A stretch of 64,000 bases of DNA from Octopus bimaculoides (GCF_001194135.2 NC_068989.1:73801339-73865338), one strand, 5' to 3'. Shown: positions 1 through 13,429, numbered from the stretch's first letter. Numbers and translations: made by a program. Notes: generated by a model not told the origin, from the letters alone.

Positions 1-63
1 ACTTCATCTTATGAAATTATTCAATCTTTTGGAAGCTAATAATAAAGGTGATCAACAGCTGCC

Positions 64-215
64 ATGATGAGGTGTCGTATTAAACATTGTCTTTTTCTTT
101 ACGAATCAAAAAATAGCTATCTTTATATGGTTACTGTGCCTGCTAAAAGTAGCCGTCTTAAGCAGCGTACAGTCAGTGTAACGGTTCAAGATGCACAGGA
201 CAAAGCGCCCGTGAA
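64..215 (+). mobile_element. Highly degraded mariner-like transposase 5' fragment
   Basis: Translation RIKHCLFLYE resembles the mariner N-terminal IRHCLLYEF motif, and cgtacagtcagtgtaacggttcaag resembles the RTVQ.WFK-coding segment. Short and decayed. Confidence 0.35.
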
Positions 216-344
216 AATCCTGAGATCATTTGATGAGAATTTCTTCCCACCCCTGCGTAAAAAAAAAACAAATACGTCCTAAGGTCTTTTGAAATTCAAA
301 GACAAAGTCTCCAAATTCTCCTTAAACGAAATCAATCGTGTTCT

Positions 345-578
345 TACTTCTTTATTGCCGGCAAGGGGCTAAACATAGAGGGGACAAACAAGGACAGACA
401 AACGGATTAAGTCGATTACATTGAACCCAGTGCGTAACTGGTACTTAATTTATCGACCCCGAAAGGATGAAAGGCAAAGTCGACCTCGGCAGAATTTGAA
501 CTCAGAACGTAACGGCAAACGAAATACCGCTAAGCATTTCGCCTGGCGTGCTAACAGTTCTGCCAGCTCACCGCCTTC
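345..578 (-). mobile_element. tRNA-derived SINE family A, long-tail variant, full length
   Basis: On the minus strand: head ggcggtgagctggcagaa, B-box-like gagttcaaattc, core gcctttcatcctttcggggtcgataaa. Exact 14-bp TSD atcaatcgtgttct at 331-344 and 579-592. Confidence 0.92.
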
Positions 579-1350
579 ATCAATCGTGTTCTGCCTTGTA
601 AAATTTCACTTGGACACCCATACAACACCAATCCCATTCAAAATGATACCCTTACCGCCATAAAGAAACGGAGGGTAATACTGGATAGTCTTCCCACCAC
701 CCGAACATATATATATATGCTTATACACACACACACATATGATCCACAGCTTCTTTGACTTTAAAGTTCTTGCATTAGTGACCCGAGAACAGTCACGCTT
801 AACCTTGTACAATTTCACTCAGACGCCTTAGCAGCACCCATCGCTACCATCATAAAGCAAGGAGAAAATATTCTGGATAATGTACTCTTGATAAAATAGA
901 TAAGTGAATAAATAGATAAAAACACTGCCTATTCGAATTTTTAATATTCAAATTTTGCATCGGGGATCTGAAAGAACTCTTGTTCACCATAGAAAACTTT
1001 CCCTTGGAGGCACTGGCAGCACCAATTCCCATCAAATGACCCCCCACCACCGTCGTAAATCAATGAAAGAATAATTAAAATATTTACTTCTCGATATACA
1101 AAAATACGCGAGTATCAAGACTGGAACACCTTCGATTAAAAGTGTGCTCAATGAGGACTGAAATTTTGAGGAGGAAGGTTGACTGACTATATCTACCTCA
1201 GTTCTAAACTGGTGCCTTATTTCACGGACCCTCGAGAGATTTCAGGTTAATGTAATCCCAGAAAGATTTAAACTCGGAATGTACTGACAGAATACCATGA
1301 TTTTTCTGCCACGAATCCACCACCTTTCTGATGATGATAATAAAAGTAAT

Positions 1351-1548
1351 AATCCTTTCTGCTATAGGCACAAGACATGAAATTTGAGGGAGGGGGCTAG
1401 TCGATTATATCGACCCCAGCGTTCAATTGGTACTTATTTTATCGATCCCGAAAGGATGAAAAGGAAAGTCAGCTTCAACGGAATTTGAACTCAACGGTAA
1501 GACAGACAAAATGCCGTTAAACATTTTGCCCAGCGTGCTATCGATTCT
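1351..1548 (-). mobile_element. SINE family A, short-tail older copy (host of the nested insertion at 1549)
   Basis: Family A core plus the short tail ...ttgtgcctatagcagaaaggatt; diverged. The body is cut at 1548 by the adjacent copy. Confidence 0.85.
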
Positions 1549-1780
1549 TATTTCTTTATTGCCCACAGGGGGCTAAATAGAGGGGACAAACAAGGACAGA
1601 CAAAGGGATTAAGTCGATTACATCGACCCCTTGTGCGTAACTGGTACTTATTTAATCGACCCCGAAAGGATGAAAGGCAAAGTCGACCTCGGCGGAATTT
1701 GAACTCAGAACGTAACGGCAGACGAAATACCGCTAAGCATTTCGCCTGGCGTGCTATCGATTCTGCCGTCTCGACACCTT
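1549..1780 (-). mobile_element. SINE family A, long-tail young copy nested in the head of the 1351 copy
   Basis: Nearly identical to the 345-578 copy. A 16-bp duplication gcgtgctatcgattct lies at 1533-1548 and 1749-1764. Confidence 0.9.
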
Positions 1781-1789
1781 AAATGATAA

Positions 1790-2115
1790 ACATAATAACG
1801 GCTCGTGATTTGGGAACAGAGCCAACAATTATGAGGGGTGATTATTCTATGGCTCCCGGAGAGAACGAAAGCAAAACTGACATCAGCAGAATTTGAAGAT
1901 TTGGAAGAAATACAACAAAGCATTTTTCCGATGCTCAGCGATTCTGCCATCTGGCCACCTTGAATAATTGTTTCAAATATAGAAACAAGGATGAAGCTTG
2001 GAGGAGAGGTTAATCGATAGAGTCAATCCAAGTATTTGACGGATACTTTATTTTATTGACCTCGAAAAGAAGGCAAACAAAGCTGATCTCGGTTGGGTGA
2101 CGGATTAAGTCTACC
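1790..2115 (-). mobile_element. Two degraded SINE family A remnants
   Basis: Recognisable pieces: gcagaatttgaa, gattctgccatctggccacctt, ttttattgacctcgaaaag. Confidence 0.5.
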
Positions 2116-3584
2116 AACCATGTAAATCTTGGTGTGACTTGAACTAAGAATACAATAACCAGAACAAAATGTTGCAAGGTATCTGGTTTTACATTTTTAC
2201 ACTTTCGATGATCCGCACACTTCGGATTTTTACTCCAAAAGAATAAAAGTGATGAAATTTGAACCAAGAGAACAGAATATCGGGAAAAGGTACTACGAAG
2301 TATTCGATTTGACGCTCTCCCATGGCTAAATCCCTCGATATTATATCCTACCGCCTTAAATAAAGAAGCATAATGGATAAATTCGTCTGCGATGTATAAA
2401 ATTTCGAGATAGTTATGTTTTGAAAAAAAAATTATTTGACCGGAGATGAGTTCACTCAGGTCTGACCTGAGGTCAAATAGCAACAACGACAATAAAACAA
2501 AAAAGAAAACAACAGCAGCAGTAACAACTATTTCCCAGCTTTTTAGACAGACTAATACAGAAATATGTACAATAAGAATGCATAACTCACCGACAGCTAG
2601 AAAAGTAGGAAACGGTGCAGTATACTGTCGATACGACTTTCGTAGCTGAACTGAACTGATTTCAAACACTGGTTTCAAAGTTTGGTGACAAGAAGAGAAA
2701 TGGTCAACACCAAAGTAACTGTCCCTTGATGCTCTACATTATAATGGCATCTTCAATTGGTTCGCCTAAGATCAAACAGGTTTTGGAGCTCAGCAGCGGT
2801 TTGCAATTAAGCAGGAGATGAGACATCATGAACTAAAGCAACATTATAATTTGTATAAGATGGACAGCTTTGCCTGTGAGACAGCTATAAATATTCAACA
2901 GCCTTAGTGTGTAGCTCATAAATATTCTAACATTAAAAGAATCGTTTGTTTGTCTCAGATAACTCGGAGGAAAGTGAATAAAATTCACTATTAATTTCAT
3001 ATATGTTTTTATAGACTATAAAAATGAATAGCAGTACTTGATTTAATGCCGTGTTGTTGTGAGTGTCAAAATATTTGTAACCCGTTTGTTATGGATATAA
3101 AGGATCGGACAAAACACATGCTAAAAGAATTCCTTAAGGTGTTATATATTTTCATAATAACTCAATGAAATTCTAATACTGTCTTCAGGATGTGTAGGAA
3201 AATTATTTCAAAGATGTGATCGGCTGGTGTCATTAAAATGCGATTACAGTAAATATTATATGAAACATGATAAGCAAGCGTTGTTCATGTGTGGATTTTT
3301 AGTTAGTTAGTTCAAGTGAATCAGCTGAACGGTTTCGATTCCCGGCTTAAATTGTTTCATGTTACTTAAACCGCGGATGTTCTTGGATAAACCACGACCA
3401 TTCCTAATTTTGGCTTAATAAAATAATTTCTTATATAGTTTTGCATCTGTTGCAGTACTGTAACAGTTGGCTGTCCATTAAATTTTTAATTTATCTGCCT
3501 TAGGGTCTGAATCAAGAATAACCGCTACTAGCTTGTAACAGCAATAAAAAAAATATAGCATTAGTGAGCAGTTCATCTGAAATG

Positions 3585-3727
3585 GAAAGGAGCTCGATTA
3601 TCAGAGTCTTTGGAGCGTCGAACAAAATGCGTTGCGGTATTTGGTCCGGCTCTCTGTGCTCCGACTTCAAATGCTTCTGTGGACAACTTCACCTTTCACC
3701 TTTTCGGGGTCGATAAAGAAAGTACTA
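3585..3727 (+). mobile_element. Degraded SINE family A
   Basis: Core cacctttcaccttttcggggtcgataaagaaagtac preceded by a decayed tRNA head. Confidence 0.6.
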
Positions 3728-4552
3728 ATGCACAATGACAATATCAACAAAAACAATATCAATTATGTCATAGCCACCACCACCGACAACAACACCACCA
3801 ACAACAAAAATCCTGGTATTATTATCAGCCTAGACATGGTGAAGGCCGTAGCGCTATGCACGTAGAAATTGCCAGCAGTCTGTGTGGTTGGTGTTCAAAA
3901 GGGTATATTCATATCATAGGCAGATAGAGCAATAAAAATGTATACAAGGAAGGGAAGTTTACAAACAGGAATAGATGTTTATATTATCGTCCACTAGTGC
4001 CATCACCAACAGACGCGGAGGCGTAGAAGAATGTTTAAAATGTGTTTGAATGTTTTCCTTTACAATAATACCAACCTGAGATAGTCTAGATCAGTAAGTA
4101 GTCTCTATCTCTTCCTTTTTCTTTCCTTCCTTCTTTTCTCTTTCTTTCTCTCTCTCTCCCTCCCTTCCTTCCCTCCTTTTCTTTCTTTCTTTCACTTTTT
4201 TCCGTCATAAATACGAGAAATACCTTTTTTACTGAACAAACTAGCGTCATCCAGACCAGCTTACAAAACAAACAATTTTTTTTACCACTTGGGATTTAGC
4301 TTTTATGATCACGGCTAAACAACAACAACAACAACACCAAAATTAGTATCAAATCTCTGAGCTAAGCTGAAGTAAGCGCTGTTCTCACTTCAGCTAGTCT
4401 TTCTATTTAGATAAAGATTGACAGAGAAGCTTTCCAAAATCTCGTGACAGGGTTCTGTCCCGTATTGTACTGAAAGTCTGCGATGAATTTGAGCCCCTGA
4501 TACACCTATAGACCAGAGAAACTGTATCACTAATTTCTATTCTTCCTTGATG

Positions 4553-4918
4553 CACACTGCCAGCGAGGGTTCCAGTCGATCCGATTAATGGAACAGCCTG
4601 CTCGTGAAATTAACGTGCAAGTGGCTGAGCACTCCACAGACACGTGTACTCTTAACGTAGTTCTCGAGTATATTCAGCGTGACACAGTGTGACAAGGCTG
4701 ACCCTTTGAAATACAGGTACAACAAAAACAGGAAGAAAGAGTGAGAGAAAGCTGTGGTGGAAGAGTACAGCAGGGTTCGTCACCATCCCCTGTCGGAGCC
4801 TCGTGGAGCTTTAGGTGTTTTCGCTCAATAAACACTCACAACGCCCGGTCTAGGAATCGAAACCGCGATCCTATGACCGCTAGTCCGCTGCCCTAACCGC
4901 TGGGCCATTGCGCCTCCA
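4553..4918 (-). mobile_element. tRNA-derived SINE family B, near full length (~370 bp)
   Basis: Reverse complement of the 7074-7452 copy; A box tggcccagcgg and B box ggtttcgattcc. Confidence 0.9.
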
Positions 4919-5502
4919 CTGTTTACTGTAATAGAAGAATAAAAAAAAAAGAAAAATGGAACGATCAAGAGCAAATCTCAGTTACATAAGCACAAGATGC
5001 CCTTTGGATAAAAACCACAAGCGTTCCTAATTTCGGCGTAATAAAATAATTTCTCATATAGTGTTGTTGTTCTTCAGTAAAGCGTTCAGGAAAAGTGTAT
5101 GAGCAGCGATCACATGCTCTTCCGTGTGTATGTGTGCTTGCGTGTAGATGTGTAAATGTAGTCCTACCCTAAAATAAATAGAAAAATAATAGAAAACATG
5201 CCACTCCGATCACTGACAGGTTGTGATTTCTGCGCATTTTCTTTATTCAGCTTTCATACAGGCTCGGGCAATCAATTTTTCAAGGCCAAATTTTGTGATT
5301 AAAGAGAGAAATATGTAGGGGTGGGTAGAAAGTCTATTTCCTAATTATTTTGCATCAATTCTAGATACTTATGCTCAAATGCGGTTACTCTTATTGATTA
5401 GCGTTTTGTAGCATATTATGAAATTTATTTTTTCACGCATGCTTATAACGAATTGATATCTGCCAAAGTTATGTCCTCCACTCATTAAAGTTTTCACACC
5501 TT

Positions 5503-5705
5503 GTAAAGCAGCGACCTAGCAGAATCCTTACTTTGCGGAGAAAAATTCTTAGCAGCATTTCTTCCGACTTTACTTTCTGACTTCAAATACCACCAGGGTC
5601 GACTTAGCCTTTTATCTTTTCAGAGTCGATAAAATAAGTATCAGTTGAACACTGAGGTCGATGTAATCGTCTTATCTCTTCTCTCGAAATTGGTGGCCTT
5701 GTAAT
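5503..5705 (+). mobile_element. SINE family A, short-tail, diverged
   Basis: Head aaagcagcgacctagcagaatc; core gccttttatcttttcagagtcgataaaataagta. Confidence 0.75.
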
Positions 5706-7073
5706 AATATTTAAAATCAAAATTTTTACTCTTTGCAAAATAAAGAGAACAAAAATAAAGTAAACAATAAAAAAAAAAACATGAGTCTTTACAAAAGAAC
5801 CGAAGTTTAACGAAACCAGGTTTCATTGATTTCGTAATTTGGGGGTTGATAAACTTGTATGTTATTCTCCAGAGTTTATAAACCTAAAATTACTTTACAG
5901 CAAAACCAAACATTTATTTTTGTACGGAGTTAATAGATTCATAGTCTTGCAGTAGTATGTTATATATTTTCGGTTAAAACCAAGACGTTTTTCTCTTCGC
6001 ATAAACATAGTAAATGATGAATGCAGCTGGAGTTAAGGGAAACTGCTCGCAGTTTCTACTCAATCATACATAATAGGTTTATCTTTCTTACACAACATGC
6101 AAAAGTTCTAAAGGTGCTATATTTATCTTATTTATGACATTGAAGCCGGTCTAAATGGTCAGTGAATAATAAAATGGTAAAAGCTGGAAACAACCGTACT
6201 GAAAATTTACTTTATTAATTATTTGCTTCTTTTCTAGTTGCTAGGAGACTAACATGAAATGAAGTGACATAATATGCTACTTTCTCTCTATAAATCATCT
6301 CAAAGTCGATATACATCATTATTGTTATCTTCTGTGAAGCCAACAGCTGCTTCCAGCCCGGGTACATTGTCTGGTTAGCGATTACGACTTCTATTAAGAT
6401 CGTTTGTAGAAATAGTTAACAACGCCGATTCAAACAAAACAGAAGCTTAGTAAACATCTTTGTACATAAATCTCCGACGTGTTTGTTCTAATGCAATATG
6501 TGGACTCACACAGAACCATCGTACATCCAATTCCTTTCTTTCTCTCTGCTTACTAATGGGTTTCGATATCTCGGTGAAGTTGTGTATATACATATGTCAA
6601 TGAATGGGTCTTAAAATATTTGAAAGCGCTTCTATTAAAATTAAAAGTGTTTGCTCACAGGATTTGAAAGACAATTACACTTTAAGCATTGATTATGTCT
6701 GATACTAAATTTTATTGACTCATCTTATCGAGCAGTTAAGTGAACCTTGGCAGATATCGAACCTGGACTGTGTGTGTGTGTGTGCGCGCGCACTACGTTT
6801 TATTGACTTGATCAAGAGGCGGTTAGAAATCATGTATCCAAGGTATGGAACAGCGGTTTCGAATCCCGAACGATGAAGGCATATATCAAATTTTGAAATG
6901 TTTCTAGTACTGCGACATTGTTTTCTGTAAAATATTTGATTTAGGATGGAACTGAAGAAACTGTTACTAACTAACTGTACCATTATTAGTACTGAGGTAC
7001 CATTATTATTATGAAATGTTTTCTTATCGACGGTACAAAAATAACAGTATATTAGTTGTTACTCTTATTGACT

Positions 7074-7452
7074 GTGGAGGTGCAATGGCCCAGTGGTTAG
7101 GGCAGTGGACTCGCGCTCATAGGATCACGGTTTCGATTCCCAGACCGGGCGTTGTGAGTGTTTATTGAGCGAAAACACCTAAAGCTCCACGAGGCTACGG
7201 CAGGGGATGGTGGTGAACCCTGCTGTACTCTTTCACCACAACTTTCTCTCACTTCCCGTTTCTGTTGTGCCTGTAATTCAAAGGGTCAGCCTTGTCACAC
7301 TCTGTGTCACGCTGAATATCCCCGAGAACTACGTTAAGGGTACACGTGTGTGTGGAGTGCTCATCCACTTGCACGTTAATTTCACGAGCAGGCTGTTCCG
7401 TTGATCGGATCAACTGGAACCCTCGACGTCGTAAGCGACGGAGTGCCAACTA
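7074..7452 (+). mobile_element. SINE family B, full length
   Basis: A box tggcccagtgg, B box ggtttcgattcc, 3' end gacggagtgccaac. Exact 13-bp TSD actcttattgact at 7061-7073 and 7453-7465. Confidence 0.95.
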
Positions 7453-7887
7453 ACTCTTATTGACTAACAGGCTGATTTGTGTGTCCTTAAGTTTAATGTC
7501 TTCCACAGATTCTTCCACGTATTCTAGTTTTTTCTGTTAGATGATAAAAAAAAAACATTGTGAATGTATTTCTGAGAGCAAATTTATTCTGAAGAGATTC
7601 GAGTGGCAAGTCGTATAATCTGTACCAGTGCGAGTGACAAGTAAAATGATTATTCCTACCGAGATATCTCATACTCATAAATAGTCTTCTGAACGTCCCA
7701 ACTATTACCACCTAACTAAAGCCGACCAATAAAAGTTTAAATATGGATACTTCTAAGTGTTTCATCCTTACGTTCCTGAATACCTTTACCAAACACTTCC
7801 ATGATTTTTCTTTTTGTTACCTGAAAAATTGCCCAAAGCGAGAAAATCTGAGTAACGACGGAGACAATTGTCAATCTTTCACTATCT

Positions 7888-8322
7888 AACGCGGTGAGCT
7901 GGCTGAAACGTTAGCCCGCCGGGCGAAATGCTTAGCGGTATTTCGTCTGCAGTTACGTTCCGAGTTCAAATTCCGCCGAAGTCGACTTTGCCTTTCATCC
8001 GTTCAGGGTCGATAAATTAAGTACCAGTTACGCACTGGGGATCGATGTAATCGACTTAATCCCTTCGTCTGTCCTTGTTTGTCCCCTCTGTGTGTAGCCC
8101 CTTGTGGGCAATAAAGAAATAAGAAACATTAGCACTCTGGGCGAAATGCTCACCGGTATTTCGTTTGTCTTTACGTTCTGAGTTTAAATTCCGCCGAGGT
8201 CGACTTTGCCTTTCATCCTTTCGGAGTCGATAAATTAAGTACCAGTTGCATACAGGGGTCGATCTAATCGACTGACTCCTCCCCCCAAATTTCGGGCCTT
8301 GTGCCTAGAGTAGAAAAGAATA
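7888..8322 (+). mobile_element. SINE family A dimer (long-tail unit followed by a head-truncated short-tail unit)
   Basis: Two A bodies joined at ...aaagaaataa|gaaacattagc (8123). An 11-bp TSD tttcactatct at 7877-7887 and 8323-8333 flanks the whole dimer. Confidence 0.9.
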
Positions 8323-8399
8323 TTTCACTATCTGAAAATGAAACCACGTGTTTGCTTTACATCATTCACGTTTTCGTTTATAGAGTTGGGAAGAAGGTT

Positions 8400-8760
8400 A
8401 ATTTTCGATTTCTTAATTAAGTTAGTTACTAACCTTCTATGTTCCACAAATGGTGCTTGTTAGCGTAGTTGCTTCACGGTAAAATGATTTAATTCTGGAT
8501 GCAGATCGTCCCAATATGATTTCAGTCGTTTCATGTAGCCAACAGCGAGGTTTGTCTCGCGTTTTCGTAGCAGATAAACAGATCATTTTCCAATTCATAA
8601 CACCAAGAGAAATAAGTTTTGTAGTCACGGTTTATTCTATAACTATAGCTAGAAAACATTTGTTTACTTGTTAAGCTGTTGTTTTCGTTCTGTTCTTCGA
8701 TTGTGTTGCTGCTGATGTTGTGTCCAGCCATGTTTGTAGTAACTCTCTGCATGTTAAATT
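8400..8760 (-). mobile_element. Degraded N-terminal fragment of a non-LTR retrotransposon ORF (R4/Dong-like, tentative)
   Basis: Frameshifted translation ENDLFICYENA../..AVGYMKRLKSYWDDLHPELNHFTVKQLR*QA resembles, from recall, the N-terminal CY...GY.KR....W motif of RLE-type non-LTR ORFs. Confidence 0.4.
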
Positions 8761-8987
8761 CAAGTTTCAGTCGAAAATCACTAAGATCGTAAATAAGAGG
8801 CTCCCTGAATTAATTCATCTGAAGATTAACCAGTTATTAAACGAGCTGACAGTTGTGGCACCAATGTTGGAGATAGTATACGTCATTTTCGATAAATAGT
8901 CTCCCACACCAAACCAAATACGCGACTCGTCGCTTCGAATGTGTAATTTTTTGTATGCATGTATGTAATGTATGTATGTGTTTATAC

Positions 8988-9023
<36 letters not shown>

Positions 9024-9028
9024 ACACA

Positions 9029-9070
<42 letters not shown>

Positions 9071-10626
9071 NNNNNNNNNNNNNNNNNNNNNNNNNNNNNN
9101 NNNNNNNNNNNNNNNNNNNNNNNNNNNNNNNNNNNNNNNNNNNNNNNNNNNNNNNNNNNNNNNNNNNNNNNNNNNNNNNNNNNNNNNNNNNNNNNNNNNN
9201 NNNNNNNNNNNNNNNNNNNNNNNNNNNNNNNNNNNNNNNNNNNNNNNNNNNNNNNNNNNNNNNNNNNNNNNNNNNNNNNNNNNNNNNNNNNNNNNNNNNN
9301 NNNNNNNNNNNNNNNNNNNNNNNNNNNNNNNNNNNNNNNNNNNNNNNNNNNNNNNNNNNNNNNNNNNNNNNNNNNNNNNNNNNNNNNNNNNNNNNNNNNN
9401 NNNNNNNNNNNNNNNNNNNNNNNNNNNNNNNNNNNNNNNNNNNNNNNNNNNNNNNNNATAAAGTAATGTGAAAGAAATGGAATAGATTCTGACTACAAAA
9501 GATTCTGTCTTCTGTTAGATTACAATAGCCGGTATTACAGCATTTTGAAAACAGAATGTAAATTTAGCTGAATTTCATACTAAATTCCTATTCAGCTACC
9601 GAACCACGTAATCAATTTATAAAGTAACAGAAACGGTGGAAAAGAAATCTGTGTAGGAAGCAAAAACTTCTACTAATGTTAAGAAATATTAAAATTATGT
9701 TTTTCCTTTCTCCATTTATTTTTTGATAAAGCTTTGTGTATAGAAAATAACGGAAAAGATGCTACTTCCGGAATTTCTTTTATGGGTCTATTTTCCTGAT
9801 TTCTTTTCTTTTCGTAGATTTCCGAGGGAAATTTTGGCAAAATCAAAGTCATAAATTCAATTCGCAACGAAACTAAAACTATTTAATATCCTTTCATACT
9901 CTTAGGGTGGTTAAAATATGCATCAGATTGTACATCCTCTCTGCAATATATTACTTTCAGTCAAGTAATTATTATCCATCACAGCTATTAAACGTACGAA
10001 GTATCTTCAACATGTGAAATTCATACTAAATACGGCAAGGCCTTTTTATTTAAAGTTTTGTGCACATATAACTAACTGAGTTACTGTTGCGTTTAGGCGG
10101 ATTTTCACAACCAATATCACATTCGTTTATATTCATGTCACTTTCTTTTTTCTAATTAAACTTTGTATTTTAGTAGCTCAGTTGGAAATATAGATGTTTC
10201 AATAAAGGTTTAAAATACGCTGTGTTATAGTAGTCACCGAAGCTGAAACAAGGATAGCTTTTACATTTTCTACTTTTTGTTTTGGTTTCAAAGTTGTACA
10301 AAAGCCTCAATGACAACATTAAATGTAAAATACAATTGTTATTGAGCAAGTAATTAATTTTCAGTTTTGCCACAATTGTACAGAGAATACACACACATAA
10401 ACACATGTATGTACATACATAAGCATACACTTACACACACACACATATATATTTATATTATATGCATATATATATGTACATATATATATATATGTATACA
10501 TATATGTATATATATATATATATATANNNNNNNNNNNNNNNNNNNNNNNNNNNNNNNNNNNNNNNNNNNNNNNNNNNNNNNNNNNNNNNNNNNNNNNNNN
10601 NNNNNNNNNNNNNNNNNNNNNNNNNN

Positions 10627-10658
<32 letters not shown>

Positions 10659-12162
10659 ATATGTAAATATATATATGTGTATATGTAAATATATATATGT
10701 GTATATGTATATATGTATATATATTCATACAAACAGGCATGCATATATACTTGCATATATATATGCGTATGTATATAGCCTGCGTCGTGTACATACAGAA
10801 AGGACACATCGAAAAAGAAGGAAAATACAGTTGAGTAGCAAGTCTAACTCTGGTGGTACCTTAATATATTTGACAACACTTACTATATTTTAAAATAGCT
10901 CTGCATTGTATTAGGAGACGATGATTTCATTCCTATTTTCATTAAGATATTACCATCAGCTCCACTACAGCATTAACTTTGAAGCGATATGATTTTGATA
11001 TATATTAAAAGATTTTTGTTTTCATTTTATCATTACTTTCGAATGCCAGTATTTATTACCATAGTATTGCTGAAGATATAATCATCTACATCTGAAGTGA
11101 AGTACCCTGCAGCACAATATAAGTTAGATTGCTTAGTACCTTAATGCCTTTGTCGAGTTTGGAATTTTTTCTATGCACAAGTTGTGGAAAACTTCTAGCA
11201 TTATTGATAATACCTTTGAAGTGAAACGAAATAACATATAGGTTCTTCTCGGCAAATTGAGTATGTTTCACTTTGTTGAAGCTACAAATGTTTCGTTAAA
11301 ATCATGAGCACAGCGTTTTTATTTTACAACTCCTGTGACTTGACAGAATACAAGCTCTAAATTAACGACCGAAATAATGTATGATAATTGAATCTTAGGT
11401 AGATATATCATGAACGCCAAGTCAACTACGTCAAAAAGTCGATTCATTACCCCGGAAACAACATGGCGTGTATGATCGAGCACTGAAGTTTCCGAAAAAT
11501 GAGACATGGTAGGGAAAACAGTTGGAAACCAGAATAGGTTAATGGAAGTTTCCACTTCGAATACTTCCAGGCAGTTTCATAGGCAGCTAATATATTCCTA
11601 TGACTTGTATCTATAGAACAAAGCAGTATTTAGATATAATGATGGCAAAGATGAGAGAGAAAGGCACAGAAGCGGACTAAATGGTTTACTGTATTTTGAT
11701 TTCAAATGTAGATTTATCGAACTTTGTTTTTCATCATTGTGGGATGAGCCATTTCAATCGATGATATCTTCTTTGTCTCTCTCCATTCTGTCTGTCTGTC
11801 TGTCTGTGTCTGTCTCTTCATATGCATACATACATACCTCTTTCTCTCTCTCTCGCTCTTCATATGCATGCATACATACCGCTTTCTTTCTTTCTCTCTC
11901 TATCTCTTTATATATATATATATATATATNNNNNNNNNNNNNNNNNNNNNNNNNNNNNNNNNNNNNNNNNNNNNNNNNNNNNNNNNNNNNNNNNNNNNNN
12001 NNNNNNNNNNNNNNNNNNNNNNNNNNNNNNNNNNNNNNNNNNNNNNNNNNNNNNNNNNNNNNNNNNNNNNNNNNNNNNNNNNNNNNNNNNNNNNNNNNNN
12101 NNNNNNNNNNNNNNNNNNNNNNNNNNNNNNNNNNNNNNNNNNNNNNATAGATAGATAGATAA

Positions 12163-12193
<31 letters not shown>

Positions 12194-12932
12194 GATAGAC
12201 AGATAGATAGATAGAGATATACACACAAATACATATATATAAATACATATTTGTAAACATATACACACATAAATATATATACATATATACAGACATTCAT
12301 ATGCACATAGATATATTTATCGATGTACATATATGTGCGTGTGTTTATGTGTGTGTAAGATGAAGCTCGTGAATTCGTACAAATTTGTGTGCCCTGGGGA
12401 GAAGTGGACCTTACGGTTCAGTAGATTTGAGCTCATGTGAAAGAAGCACTAATGTTTGCCAAACAAACAAGATGTGGAAAGATAATGCTTTGATCTATTA
12501 ACATCAACATTAGATATGAAGCATCTACACAATGTTTTGAGCGGTTTGCTCTTCATTCATCATCACGTATCCAAAAACCATTCCAATATATTGAAATACA
12601 GTGTAGGCGTAATTTCCAAAGTAATGTTTCGTGACCAGAAACGAAGTTAACATTCCGAAAAATTTGTAATCTTATTAAGAACTCATGTCAGATATTTAGC
12701 CATTTAATATACAGTTAATAATGCAGAAACGAAAGTAAGAAAGCGTCAAAGAATAAACAAAGAATGAATGAAAACCCTACATTTTGTTTACCTTACTCTG
12801 ATGTCTTTTTGCTTCGAATGATCTAAAATGTAACAATTACTATTATAAGGACCAAGTACACCGAAAGGAAAGAATACACTAAGTGATATCTTAGTTCATT
12901 ACATAATTCAGTCAAAAGTGTTGAACATACTA

Positions 12933-13318
12933 TTGTTGGCTCTCCGTTGCTTACGACGCCGAGGGTTCCAGTTGATCCGATCAACGGAACAGCCTGCTCG
13001 TGAAATTAACGTGCAAGTGGCTGAGCACTCCACAGACACGTATACCCTTCCCTTAACGTAGTTCTCGAGGATATTCAGCGTGACAGTGTGACAAGGCTGA
13101 CCCTTTGAATTACAGGCACAACAGAAACAGGAAGTAAGAGTGAAAGACAGTTGTGGTGAAAGAGTACAGCAGGGTTCACCACCATCCCCTGCCGGAGCCT
13201 CGTGGAGCTTTAGGTGTTTTCGCTCAATAAACACTCACAACGCCCGGTCTGGGAATCGAATCTGTGATCCTATGACCGCGAGTCCGCTGCTCTAACCACT
13301 GGGCCATTGCGCCTCTAC
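12933..13318 (-). mobile_element. SINE family B, full length
   Basis: Matches the 7074 copy in reverse. Exact 13-bp TSD gttgaacatacta at 12920-12932 and 13319-13331. Confidence 0.95.
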
Positions 13319-13429
13319 GTTGAACATACTACATTGTGATAAATGTAATCTGTGGCATAGCACAGCTAAGTGCCCAGTAAATACTTAACGTTTAGTTAGG
13401 ATATTCAGATCTGTAACAGTAGTCTACAA

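Noticed and set aside
2010-2678. 222-aa minus-strand ORF, the longest gap-free ORF
   Set aside because: It runs through degraded SINE A pieces and a (CAA)n-like tract; the hydrophobic stretch comes from the repeat, and no domain motif is present.
2800-2910. YNLYKMDSFACETAINIQ resembling a mariner N-terminus
   Set aside because: Similarity too short and weak to call without a search.
7074-7145. tRNA-like sequences with A and B boxes (also 4850-4918, 29185-29240, 51112-51175)
   Set aside because: These are SINE heads: they continue into repeat bodies and lack a complete acceptor stem, so they are not tRNA genes.
9818-9886. Plus-strand acceptor followed by ISEGNFGKIKVI, resembling a kinase glycine loop
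   Set aside because: A stop follows within 23 codons with no donor or VAIK lysine; likely chance.
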